32,744 nt of DNA from Chiloscyllium plagiosum (GCF_004010195.1 NC_057718.1:18831775-18864518), one strand, 5' to 3'; positions 10,930-22,383 are shown, counted from the first letter of the stretch. Numbers and translations are program-made. The notes: generated by a model from the letters alone, not told the origin.

Positions 10930-11906
10930 TATTAGTGAGAGTGGTAGAGCTTTGGTGTGGGGTGGGCCCAGTAACAGAGATGAGTGTTCAGTGTCAGAGA
11001 GAAAATGTTGGCACTTACACAGGCAGAATTGAGAATGACATTGATCATCTTCCTACAGTGCTGTACATTCCTCCAGATGGCCGAAATCATTTGAATCTGG
11101 GTCACAACCTCAGACCAGGCCGGCATGCTGATCCCAGAAGAACAGGAAGTCCCTGTGTAGGACTCCATCCAGCAGGACATCCAGACCTGTAACCACAAAT
11201 CAGGGTGCCGATGCCAATTTCCCTCTGTTTGCCATGTCCAAAACAAATGTGGGGAGCTCTGCAGGCCTGCTCAGGACTGACAGTGCTTGTTTGGGTGTAC
11301 AATGGCATTTTAAATATAGCACTGACACCATGAATACTGGACAATTTGGGCTCTCCAATGAGTAATGAGTTGCTCCAGGAACAAAAATGCTAAGATAGGG
11401 GCTGAAATCGGATGTGACATTCTCCATAAAGGTTACAAGTTTGATAAGATGTGGTGAAAAATTTCACTCAGCTTCACAGCAAGATTCACTCCACCAAACT
11501 CGACATAACTTGTACTTAGCCAAAAACCATAAGGTTCAGCCCTTACTTTGGATCCTGAGGTACGCATGTAGACATACTCAGTGAATTTGGGTGGGGTCAT
11601 GAGTTGGCATTGATAGGGCACGTGGGGTAGTTGAATGGAGTGATGGCGAGGGGTTATGAGGGGTGAAGCCTAGAGGGCTTAATATTTAACAAACTAACTC
11701 AGACAGAGAATCGAGATGGACATTTTCATTGGGTGTCCTCAGCACTCAGCAGCCCCTGCTGCCATTTTTGATCAGCATCCAGGGATAGCAGATCTGACTT
11801 CTTGCCACTCCAGTCTTCTCCAGAAAAAAGATTGTGCCAATTTTCCCTGAGCTAAGCGCAGCAAACTGGGAAATGTCTGGACTGCATCTGGAATGAAAAT
11901 ATGGCC
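10930..11906 (-). mobile_element. PIF/Harbinger DNA transposon remnant (extent approximate)
   Basis: Contains a broken Myb/SANT-like exon and ends in GAAAATATGGCC, reminiscent of Harbinger TIR ends. No TSD verified. Confidence 0.5.
11019..11235 (-). pseudogene. Myb/SANT-like DNA-binding domain exon (Harbinger-associated ORF type), disrupted
   Basis: Manual translation MANRGKLASAP*FVVTGLDVLLDGVLHRDFLF, frameshift, then MPAWSEVVTQIQMISAIWRNVQHCRKMINVILNSA. Fits the APRF..L.VLL..V..LF..AW.EV..R...QCRK..NDL pattern and is followed by a GTAAGT donor (11018-11013). Confidence 0.65.
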
Positions 11907-12699
11907 TGACGTGAAGTAGGAGAATCATGTCCTGTGCTGAATCTATACAGAGAATTCAAAATTGTTTGGGAGGGGAGCTAACCTCATATGATCCTAAACT
12001 TAGTGGGTGGGATTATGCTATTTCACTGACCAGTTGTGGGGGGGGGGTACTATCTTCAACTGTTACAAAACACAGATACATTTACCTCTCTAGCCAATGT
12101 TCTGTTATGGCCTTAAAAAACCAAATGCACGCTCATTTTTGTAGTGTCAGATATCCAAAACATCCACCTTCTTCACACAGCACCACACCATCCCGCTCCC
12201 CCAACCCCCAAAATGTTTCTATCTCCACTGTTTTGGATGACCAGCCCTGAATTTCCAGAATGAAAAACACAGAAAAGAACTACAATGCCTCGGCTCCAAA
12301 TAAATTAAAAATGTGCTTGCTGTCAACTATTACATCGGCTGAAAACAAGTACTGTATAGATTCTGTGATTTCTATTGAGTTCACAACCCTTGCCCAAACT
12401 AGGATTGATTTGCAAAAGTCAAGTATTTCCAAATGAACTTGACATAGTCCATTGAAGTTAGCTTCTTCAATTTTCCCTTTTGCGTAGCTTATAACACACA
12501 AATAAGTTGACTACACGTATGAAAAAGAAGCTTTCAGAATTTAAGACTAACATGTGCAAGAAAGCACCTGCAAGCTCTCATACAAATTGATCATAGTTCA
12601 CTAGGCATCTAAGCTATCCCAACATTTACAAAAAACCCTGAAGCAGCTCAGTTTCAATGAACTTAAGGGAGTTTCATGGAAGTGGCATATGTACAATAT

Positions 12700-13100
12700 C
12701 AACTTGGTTCAACTAACAACACTTTAGCCTTTAGTTTTCATTCAAGTCCCACCCAAAGCCTAGAGCACATATATTGGGTTTGCACACAATGTTAAGGGTG
12801 TGCCACATTATCCAAGGTACCCCTTCAAATGATACATTGAAGCTTCAATGGCTCAATCTGTTAAAGATTAGGGGATTTTCCTGTTCTGTCCAATGTGTGT
12901 CCCTCAATCAATACTTCGAAAAGAAATCAGATCCATCATCAGGTTATTCATCTTCATGTTGCTAACGTTATGTTGCTGTGTGAAAAATAGCTGCAGTGTT
13001 TCCTTACCTAACAATGAACACAACACTTCGATATAATGAATTGCATGGGAAGCACTTTGAGATGTTTCTCAGGCGCGATAAACCCTTTCTTTCTTTCCTC
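12700..13100 (+). mobile_element. Deu-domain SINE, old, with L2-like tail
   Basis: TTCAAGTCCCAC B-box, TCCCTCAATCAA and TTGCTGTGTGAAAAATAGCTGC core blocks, GAAGCACTTTGAGATGTTTC...(CTTT)n tail. Confidence 0.65.
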
Positions 13101-13983
13101 TCAAATTAAAATATTATTAGATTGAATGCTTTTACTGAGATAAAACAGCGAGGTGGTGGTTATAGATACATTACAATAAAGAAGAACTTACAGATCGGGA
13201 GCGTATTAAAAAGAGAAGACTTTGAAATGTTCGTCTTTTCAAATGCATGTAACATACTTTTAATTTATTTAAAATTGCAGAAGGATATTAAAATGGTTCC
13301 ATTATTACAGGATAATCACTAATATATTGTTAGCTCTGAACAAAATGAAACCAAAATGTTTGTCTTTCAACCTAACCTCATTCGGCTACCAGAGCATTAC
13401 CATGGTGGGCAATAAATTCTAAAAGATCTAGACAATTTTTGGGTGTCACTTGCAGACATTCATATCTTTAAAGATATACATTTTCCACAATAATTCAAGG
13501 AACTGCATGTAATTACAGACAGTGATAATGAGTAATGCCAGACTCTAATCCAGACATTCAAGCTATTATACAGTGAATGTTTATCTTCTAAACGCTACAA
13601 CATTCCTGTAATACAAGGTAGCATTACAGATTGCAAAAAAAACACAGCAGAAATATGTGCTCTAATTCAGGATACTGAGCATTTTATTTAACAATTCACT
13701 TCATCAGTTTAATATTTATTTTTATGTTAATATAATTTGATATACTTAATTTTACTCTTGTGATGCATTGTGGATACCAGGATATAAACACTGTAACCTG
13801 AAATGTACAATCTTAGAACAAAAGACTTGTTACAGAAGGAGGCTATTCAGCGTGTCATAGGTGATATGGCTCTCTGAAGGAACAACGTACTTAATGTCAG
13901 TAGCCCCTTTTTCCCACCCTAGCCCTATACATTCTCCCTTTAATCAATTTGTTTCAAAAGAACCTGCCTCCATCACACTCTCA

Positions 13984-14146
13984 AGATTAGAGTGCTGCTG
14001 GAAAAGCACAGCAGGTCAGGCAGCATCCAAGGAGCAGGAAAATAGACGTTTCAGGCAAAAGCCCTTCATCAGGAAAAGCCCTTCATCAGCCCTTCCAGTA
14101 CCACTCCAATCTTAACTCTAATCTCCAGCATCTGCAGTACCCACTT
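13984..14146. mobile_element. Fold-back Penelope-like mini-insertion with 20-bp flanking direct repeat
   Basis: Flanks CTGCCTCCA(T/C)CACACTCTCA at 13964-13983 and 14147-14166; internal arms AGATTAGAGTGCTGCTGGAA / TTCCAGTACCACTCCAATCT (17/20 inverted). Confidence 0.8.
14042..14075 (-). ncRNA. Minimal hammerhead ribozyme motif
   Basis: Minus strand CTGATGA-A-GGGC-TTTT-GCCT-GAAA-CG-TC. Core intact with a GUC triplet, but stem I is disrupted. Confidence 0.55.
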
Positions 14147-14504
14147 CTGCCTCCACCACACTCTCAGGCAGTTCATTTCAGATTTTAACCATTCGCTAGG
14201 TGAAAATGTTTTTCTCTTGTTTCAATCACTTCTTTTGCCAATTCCCTTAAATTTGTGCCCTTTGGTTTCTTGATTCTTCCTTCAAAGGATCAGTTTCACT
14301 CGATTTATTCTTTCTAGACCTCTCACAACTTGCAAAAAAGTAATAATCAGCAGCAAAATTGCTAATATATTGTCTAGCATAGTGATGAAATGTATTCATT
14401 GTGTTGAGGTGGTTTTATAAGTAGCTCCAGCAATATCTTTATTTATGTTATAACCCAGATAACCTATCAGTAGATCTCGGACACTGAAATAATGTCCATT
14501 TCTC

Positions 14505-14790
14505 TCTAAAAGGTAACGAGTGGGACACCTGAACAGTTTACAGAGACACAGCAGTGGGTTAAGTAAGTGGACACGTAGTTGGAAAATGGAGTATAATGTG
14601 AGAAAATGAAATGTTGCTTATTTTGGAAGGGAAAGTAAAAGAACAAAATATTATTTAATAGATAAAAGCTGCAACACAAAGGGACTTGCAGATACTCATA
14701 CATGAAACACAAAAAGCTAGCACACTGATGCAACAAGTAATCAGAAAGACTAATGAAATATTGACCCTTATTTCAAGGGGGCTGGAGCAT
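14505..14790 (+). mobile_element. Old CR1 ORF2 internal fragment
   Basis: W..WKMEYNVRK...YFGR and QRDLQILIHE-like motifs with stops. Confidence 0.8.
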
Positions 14791-16003
14791 TAGTCCCTGT
14801 TTTTGGTCAAAGCTACAGAAGCAAGTTTGTAGGTATGGTATGAAGGCCCTAATCACCAATTCTCTGGAAGAACCAGCTAATGACAACCTTACCTGTGAGC
14901 CAGCATGAGTACCATGGTGATCAGTGCCTTGGCAATAGGGGCCAACAAGAACTCACAATGACACCTAATAACCACCTCCTGTGTGGTACTTGTAATAGAA
15001 ACTGACTCCCATGAGTTGGTTTCTCAGCCATGAGCAAAAGTGCACCATGTGAAACTACCCCAAGACCAATGGATTTGATTTTCTGCATTTCTATTGGCTT
15101 ATATAAATGAAAGGATGCCTAAGGCAATGATATTCAAATGAAATAGCAACTAGACACAAGAGTATAAGATTTGGCAACTTAGTCATGTTTTGAAGTCTTT
15201 ATCATGTTTTATAAATGTAACACAATTATATTCCTATAATATCAAATATTCGGGGAGGGCTCGTCCGTGCTCTGAATGAGAAGTCAAGTTCTTGATGGTG
15301 GGAAGGATCCACAATTTTCACCAGCAAATATCACCAGCAGAAAAGTGATTCTCATTGGTGAGTGATGATAGGCCCATAAAAGGAACTTTCACTTGATTTG
15401 ACTCCCCTTTGACTTTGAGATATGGTCATTTGATTACTGCATGCTTGCCACATAGGCTGCTGGCACATAGTGCAGGTGTGAGATTGATACAGCCTGGTGT
15501 CATACAGCAACATGTGCATCCCCTTGACCAATGATTTCTGACAACTTCTGACAAGATGCCTGGCCTTGTGTGTATGCTAAAAGATAAACTCAGACAGCAA
15601 TACTGTGAGTTTGTTAGCTCTGGTTGGGGGGGTAAAGCTGAGATACTGTGAGCATCCAGGTATGGCCTATGTGAATAATTGCAAAGTGAGCAAATGAACA
15701 ACTTTGAGATGCAGCCGGGTCCAGTCTATGAGCTGGATGCCTGTCCATGCGTGCTGTGTCCTTGCAGCAGTATTTCAATAAGAAATGACAGTACACTCAA
15801 AAGCACAGCATTGAAGTGCCATAGCATATTGTAACTTCATTAGAGATGTGCCACTATGGTGTGGACAGGTTGGCATGTTTTGAATGCCAACATCTGTGGA
15901 TGTGGCATGCCATGACTGCTCTGAATTGTCCCTTGGAACATTAGTGCCAGTTCTCCATGTTGAAAGTCCAGAAGAGCAAGTGATAAGCTGTAGTTGCTAG
16001 GTA

Positions 16004-16030
16004 GGAGAAAGTGAGGACCGCAGATGCTGG
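16004..16030 (-). mobile_element. 27-bp PLE terminal micro-insertion
   Basis: GGAGAAAGTGAGGACCGCAGATGCTGG matches the PLE terminus at about 32443-32468; flanked by AGTTGC(T/C)AGGTA at 15992-16003 and 16031-16042. Confidence 0.7.
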
Positions 16031-16159
16031 AGTTGCCAGGTACCTGATCTGATTTTCAAGTCAGGCATTCCCAGTGTCTAGTTTCTATCCGACAACGATA
16101 CGATGGGAACCTGCCTATTATTAAGGTGAGATTGGGTAGTCATGAGGGTGATTATAAGT

Positions 16160-16500
16160 GTCCAATAGACACGTTCAAAATTCTGAAAGAAATTACAAGA
16201 GTAAATAGTGAAAAAATAATGAATTGGTAGCAAAGACGGCACAGATTGTCACAGGAATAAAGAAGAGGAAATTTGAAAGGAATTTTAAACATGGAATATT
16301 TCATCACTCGAAGTTTGGGAGAACAATATCTTTACCCCACAGAATGTTACCATAAATGGCTATTGAGACAAAAATAAAAGTATAGATTCAAGGGGAATTG
16401 AAAAAATATTTGATAGAAAGAATGTAAAAGGAGGCAGTGAAAGGGCAGGGAAATGAGATTCTTGTAGATAGTTACAGTTGAACAGTTTAGCCCTGACACA
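16160..16500 (+). mobile_element. Very old CR1 3' fragment
   Basis: ATAGACACGTTCAAAATTCTGAAA (IDTFKILK) and TTCAAGGGGAATTGAAAAAATATTTG remnants. Confidence 0.55.
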
Positions 16501-17029
16501 GTTCACTGGGTTGCGCCCACTCCCGCTGTACTGCCATTCCCACCAACCTATGAACTGTCTGGTTTAAAGGAAATATCTGAAAATGAGATTCATCTCTCAC
16601 AGCTTCAGAACTCAATCATGCACCCAAATCATTCACTCCCACAGATATTGCACATTTACAAAATTCAGAAATGGTCCACACCAAACAAGACATTAATGAG
16701 AAAATGTTCAAACTGCTGAAGCTGTGAGATTGGTGCCGGTTGAGATTCAGTCACTTTAGTCTACAAGAACTGCAGCAAAATAAATATATTCAGATAGTTG
16801 TCCTGATGCTGGGGGAGCTGGTCACATTTTGCCCCCTTGTGGCAGGTGCATTCTGTGCCGTGTAGTCAGTTCCCAGCTACAGGATGAAGTATAAGCTGTA
16901 CCTTGCCTCTCTGAAATATTACACAAAGAGCAGAAAGATGGACCAATATTGGACTGACTGTATCTCTGTTTGTTCAGCTGTAGTCAGTGTTTATTTCCAA
17001 AGTATATTCCAACAAACAGTGCAACAACA

Positions 17030-17285
17030 ATTCGTAATGAATGCTTTAACATCTAAAATGTCCCAAGGCCCTTCACAGGAGTATCAACAAGCAATATCTT
17101 GACACTGACTCAATTAAAATAATGTTGGGCAGATAGCCAAAAGCTTGGTCAAAGGAGAAAATTTTAAGCAAGACTTTAGAGGAAGGAAATAGATGTAGAG
17201 AGGTGAAGAAGCTTAATATGGAATAGTCTGCTGCTAGAGGTGGCAAGCTTGGAGGCAGATGAGGCACTTAATTAAATGGAATGGT
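17030..17285 (-). mobile_element. L2 LINE 3' fragment
   Basis: CCCAAGGCCCTTCACAGGAG...CCAAAAGCTTGGTCAAAG is antisense of the L2 tail seen at 21340-21496 and 23780-23912; ORF text LLK..FDQAF. Confidence 0.7.
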
Positions 17286-17321
17286 GGCATACTCAAATAA
17301 CACCATATTTCTGCCTCCAGA

Positions 17322-18045
17322 AGGTCATAAGATCCAGAGGCAGAATTAGGCCATTCAGTCTATCAAGTCTGCTCCGCCATTCTATCATGGCTGATACATT
17401 TTTGAACATTCTTCTGCCTTCTCTCCATAACCTTTGATCCACTTACTATCTGTCTTAAATGAATGATTTGGCTTCTCAATGATTTGGCTTCTCCAGCTTT
17501 CTGTGGCAATGAATTCCATTGATTCACTACATTCTAGCTGAAGCAATTCCTCCTCATTTCAGTTCTAAATGCTCATCCCTTCACTCTGAGGTTGTGCTTT
17601 TTGCTCCTCGTCTCTCCTACTAGTGGAAACATCTTCCACTCCATCCAGGCCTCTCAGTATTCTATAAATTTCAATCAGATCTCTCTTATCCTTCTATACT
17701 CCACCTTGTACTGATCCAGAAATGTCAAATGCTCTTCATATGACAAGCCCTGGTGTCCAGAATCATTCATGTAAACTTCCTCTGAACCCCAAACAAGGCC
17801 ACGTAATCCTTTCTTAGGTACAGGATCCAAGACTGTTCATAATATTCCAAATACAGTCTGATCAGAGCCTTGTGCAGCCTGAATAATACAACCCTGCTCT
17901 TGTATTCTAACCACCTTGAAATGAATACTAACATTGTGTTTGCCTTCCTGACATCCAACTGAACCCTGCCATTCAACCTTAGGAGAATCTGAACTAGGAC
18001 TCTCAAGTTTCTTTGTGATTCAAAGTCCTGAAGCCTTTCCCCATT
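17322..18045 (-). mobile_element. CR1 LINE 3' fragment
   Basis: Minus ORF KANTMLVFISRWLEYKSRVVLFRLHKALIRLYLEY; 3' UTR antisense at 17322-17400. Confidence 0.92.
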
Positions 18046-18319
18046 CCACTCAAGTTAAATTGTTACTGGAAAGTTCCATGGTCAACCTGCTCACCCTGCC
18101 ACCAATTGACACCCTAATGTAATCAATTAAGGACCACTTAAAAGCCTCAGCTATTTGCCACTGGGACTAAGCCTGCTGCAGGACAGCCTTGTCGCGATGC
18201 AGCCTGACCAATATGGCAAAGGTTGTCATCCCAGGAGGTGGCTGGCATGTGAGTTCCATCATCAAAAGCAATCAATACCTGATAGAAAGACAGAATATTG
18301 GACCTTAGTGTGGGAATTA

Positions 18320-18679
18320 TAATGGTATTGTTATCTGCTCTGTAAATGGAACAAAAATGAAGTATATGAATTCTGAAGCTGGAAGTTCTCTCGTAGACTT
18401 ACTTAAAGCTAAACTAATAAATACCACACAACGTAGAGATGACAAGAGCATAGGTGACTATTCCGCAAAAGAAAAAAAAGACAGCAGGTCGAGGACTCCT
18501 TGGAGCTGTCTAACAGATATGAAATTTTAGATGCAGTACAACTAAGTCAGGGGTGGATCACCCATGAAAAATCACAGAACTGTGACACCAAGGCCATTCT
18601 GGGAAAAGAGAAAGAGACTGGTAGGCAGATTACTAAGGCAGTATTAGTGAATGATTCAATAATTCAAAGGATAGACAGG
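18320..18679 (+). mobile_element. CR1 ORF1 fragment (up to the start of the SGNH/GDSL esterase domain)
   Basis: LELSNRYEIL and AVLVNDSIIQRIDR match CR1 ORF1 LSNRY..L and V.GDSI.R..DR motifs. Confidence 0.7.
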
Positions 18680-19170
18680 TTGGAACTGGGATAAGGTGGG
18701 GGAGCGGGGAAATGAGGAAACTGGTGAAATCCACATTGGTGCCATGGCATTGGAGGGTTCCAAGGCTGAAGATGAGGCGTTTTTCCTCCAGGCATCAGGT
18801 GGTAAGGGAGTGGCGATGGAGGAGGCCCAGGATCTGCATGTCCTTAGCAGAGTTGTGGGGAAGGTGCAGTTTAAGTGTTCGGCCATGGGGCAGTGGGGTT
18901 GATTGGTGCAGGTATCACGTAGATGCTCTCTGAAGTGCTCTGCGAGTAGGCATCCTGTCTCCCGTGTAGAGGAGACTGCATCGGGAGCAACGGATACAAT
19001 AAGTGGCGTGTGGAAGAGCAGGTGAAATTTTGATGGATGTGGAAGGCTCCTTTGGGGTCTTGGACGGAGGTGAGGGGGGAGGTGTTGGCGCAAGTTTTGC
19101 AATTCCTGTGGTGGCAGGGGAAGGTGGCAGGAGGGGAGGGTGTGTTGTTGGGGGCATGGACCTGATGAGG
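18678..19170 (-). mobile_element. Penelope-like element GIY-YIG endonuclease fragment, frameshifted
   Basis: Across three frames: TFPCHHRNCKTC, FHIHQNFTCSS, YCIRCSRCSLLYTG, ETG..LAEHFREHL, MAEHLN. Confidence 0.9.
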
Positions 19171-20521
19171 GCATGTACCCTTAATCTGTAAAGGTTTCCC
19201 AGTATAGGTTCTCAGTCTATCCAAGATCTTGTGCAAACTTAAGGTTGGAGTCCAGAGTGAGTTTTGTTAAAGACTAGTTCTACAATCACTGGATGGCTGT
19301 GCCAGTATCGAACTTCAGTAGAACTGGATGATCATTTAACCAGATGTTTATTTTGATTGTTTTGCATTTGGATGTTACTAAGTAATTTAACTGTTCCAAA
19401 CCACATGTTGGTGGTCTTTCCAGGGCATGCACTTTCCTGCACACCAACCTATGAGTTCTCTTACTCAGTTTAGGTCTTGTGGGACTCTTTTGGTCTCTCG
19501 AATCCACATACTGGCAGCAACAACAATGGCTTACCAGCCGAGATCCTGAAGAAACTTTTAACCATTAGACTGAGGCTTAGTTTTGTTTTGGAGTTTTGCT
19601 GTTGGCTGACTTAAGAGTCCCTCTGCTCAGGATTTGTCTTGGGTCAGGCTATGCAATTGTCCTTACTCAACTGGTGTTCACAAAGCTCAGTCAGACTGGC
19701 GAGGGTGTCCATTTCCATTGGAATACTCTGTAATTCAAATGCTCCACTTGCCACATTTTCCAATGATAAAGCCAGTTGGAATGCCTGTTTGAGGCCCAGT
19801 TGGGCTTCAACTAGTAAGTGCTCTTACATGGTTATATCATTAATCCCACATACCAAATGGTACTTCAGCATCTCATTCAGAGTTAAACTAAAGTCACATG
19901 CCTCTGCCAGCCATCTTTACCTAGTCAAAAATTTCAATATGCATTCCTCTGGTTCTTGAATTGCCGAGTAAAACTGATGGTGTTTCAGAATTGGAATTGT
20001 AATGTTCCTTAACTAAATCCATCAACTCTTGAAAGGTTTTAGTACTTGGTGCCTCAGGGAGAGTTAGGCACTTAATTTTCAAAAAAGTACGGGTCCACAA
20101 CTTGTTGCCTTTCATCTACCCCAATGTTATTAAGGCATTCTTTCTACATCCTGGGCAGGATCAATGGCAAGATCAAATGAGTCAAGCTTCCCAAATTACA
20201 GCATGATGCCAGAAATGTGTATCCCAACTCAAAGACTACTTTTGCAAGCAACTTTCTTCAGGAGAGTGCTTTTCTCCCAATGCCATTGAAATAACTCCAC
20301 AGAGGCCAATATCCCATCAGCAAGTCACCTTTACTCACACATGGAGAGTCCTTTACTCTCATCCAGCTCCATTAGAGCCAACTCTCAGAGTGAACAGAAC
20401 CTCTGACACTCCTGTTTATATCTGTCACACAAGGCTCCCTGATTTGACCAGATTAACAGCCTCAATCAGGGAACTCATATTCTATGAGATCCATCTGGCT
20501 GACCTTGTTATAATCACTACA
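19171..20521 (-). mobile_element. Ty3/Gypsy LTR retrotransposon, 3'-truncated (5' LTR, gag, protease), decayed
   Basis: gag start ML*FGKLDSFD at 20204, PEAPSTKTFQELMDLVKEHY, protease LKFDTGTA (DTG at 19309-19301), LRTYTGKPLQIKG; many stops. Confidence 0.9.
20287..20521 (-). repeat. Gypsy 5' LTR (235 bp, TG...CA) followed by a PBS-like TGGCA
   Basis: Minus strand begins TGTAGTGATTATAAC and ends GGAGTTATTTCA, then ATGGCATTGG upstream of gag. No partner LTR in the window. Confidence 0.7.
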
Positions 20522-20569
20522 CTGGTTATTGTTTTCTGTTAATTGGAGTCCATCAGATAGGTAAATTAA

Positions 20570-20716
20570 TGTCTCTGAGTACATTGTTAAAGCCGTAACT
20601 TTCATGATGACCTCAAGAACAGTGGGGCTTGAGTAGCAGCACACTTTGCCAAGTGGATCTTGATGAGAGAAGTACAGTCTGCATTTTGGAGAAGTTGAAT
20701 AGGTGGTGACCACCAT
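20570..20716 (-). mobile_element. Possible Harbinger transposase N-terminal remnant
   Basis: CRLYFSH...TVLEVIMKVTALTMYSE loosely resembles C.RRLRFS...ALPV.VKVTAALNFYA; weak. Confidence 0.3.
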
Positions 20717-21114
20717 GCACTCTAAACTGAGCAGCTATGTGTGCAGATGTCAACCCAGTGTCAACCCATGTCGTTGTGCATGAACTGTTGCTTTGCTCAA
20801 GGTTGCTACTACAATCTTCTTTACGTGTAAGTAATTAGGGCCAGCTTGGTCTAGTGTGGTAGTGAAGAATGACTTCTTGGTCAAACTATCAACCTTATAG
20901 TTAGTAAGATACAGTTTATTGCATGTTTGCAACAAATTACAGGCAGTGATACAGAGATTTTGAGATTGACCAGATGTTGCATCTCATTCCTTCAAGATTC
21001 TATGCTGTTCCATCCACAAGCACATATGACATTATCATCATGGATGTTGCCAATGGCAGTCCTCAGTATTAATCCTTTCAGGCCAATGTTCAACACTGGC
21101 TGTGATTAAATAAT

Positions 21115-21496
21115 GTTATGATTTAAAAATTCTCATCCTTGTTTTCAAAATTCACAAAGTCTCCCTATCTTTTTACCTCCTTCATCCTCAAAACCTTCTG
21201 ATGTATGTGCTCATTTCATGTAGATCTACTTTGCATTCCCCAATATTAATTATTCCACTATTGGTGCTCATGTCTTCAGTGGCCACTCTCTGAAATGACC
21301 TAGCTACATATCATCCTTCCTTACCTCACTTTCTGCCTTTAAGACACTGATTAAAAACGTTGCTCTTTTCCCAGGCTTTTGGTCTTCTGAATTAATTTCT
21401 CCTTGTGTTGCTGTGTCATAGTTTATTTGACAATGCCCCTGTGACAATCCCCTAAGCTCCTTCTGATAATTCATTATGTTAAAGTTGTTATTGTTG
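21115..21496 (+). mobile_element. L2 LINE 3' fragment
   Basis: TTTAAAAATTCTCATCCTTGTTTTCAAA (FKILILVFK-like), TTTAAGACACTGATTAAAA...CAGGCTTTTGG, (TTG)n tail. Confidence 0.75.
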
Positions 21497-22383
21497 AATG
21501 AACAAACAAAAAGTGCTTTGGAATTGTCAAGTTCATAGAAAGCAAACTGCACACTGCATCATGGATGTGCTTTGATTGCAGTTTGTTTCACATTCAGACC
21601 CCAGAGAGGTTCTGCGACAGTCATTGTGATAATCATTTGGAGGACATCATGCTGTATTAAGGGGATTCAGATATGATGGTTTGACTGCAGGAGGAACGAC
21701 TGCACCACCATTCCTGCAATCCTCTTATGCTTGTTTGTCTATGCTGGTCATGAGACATTCTGGCAAATTACATTTGGCTGTTTTTCTTTAAGGAAGCCTT
21801 CCAACAAATTTAACACCTCTGTGTTTTGAAGGGCCCTGAGGATATTATGTGTGGACCACTCTCTTATGGATATGCTTTCAAAGGCAATTTTATGCAAGAA
21901 TGTTTCCGTGAGGCATAGGTGATGGGGTATGTTCCAACTGAATGAAGTATTTTGTGGCAATGTGACTAAAATCTATTACTGCAGAGAGTATGGGAAAAAA
22001 ATACTTCTGAATAGAATAGCTTTAATTTTCAAATACCACGTGTTGCCTTTGTCATTTTAAAATATAGTTCACACTGTTACCGTCTGCTTCAGTAGAAAGA
22101 GCAGAATTTCCTGCAATTTATTCTTTGTAAACCCATTGCTTGTTTTTACAAAGAGGTCACATTGCTGTAGGCAAATACAGAGCAGAAATCCACCAAATCC
22201 TTCATCAGGCAATTAACAGGTTCCTTCAGACGAAACTTGTAAGGAAGATGACCATGCGGCACTGCAGAGGAAGGTTATTAGTTCAGCAGATAAACAAGCA
22301 GACATTTATGAAGAGAGTTGAGCAAAGGAGATAAGTTCTAAACCATTGAGATCAGTCCCTGGGCTAATATTTATCCACCTCTA

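Larger units (their letters stand above)
13810..14335 (-). mobile_element. Old CR1 LINE 3' fragment interrupted by a PLE mini-insertion
   Basis: AGAAGGAGGCTATTCAGC 3' UTR antisense and CCTCCACCACACTCTCAGGCAGTTCATTTCAGA antisense of the WN.LP..VVEA region. Confidence 0.75.

Noticed and set aside
9338..11906. Single Harbinger element bounded by GGGCCAGAATTT and AAAATATGGCC
   Set aside because: The TIR match is short and imperfect with no matching 3-bp TSD; could be two unrelated remnants.
17462..17493. 16-bp tandem duplication AATGATTTGGCTTCTC
   Set aside because: Ordinary slippage duplication inside a dead CR1.
22198..22212. Minus-strand CTGATGAAGG resembling a hammerhead start
   Set aside because: No stem II, no GAAA and no PLE context.
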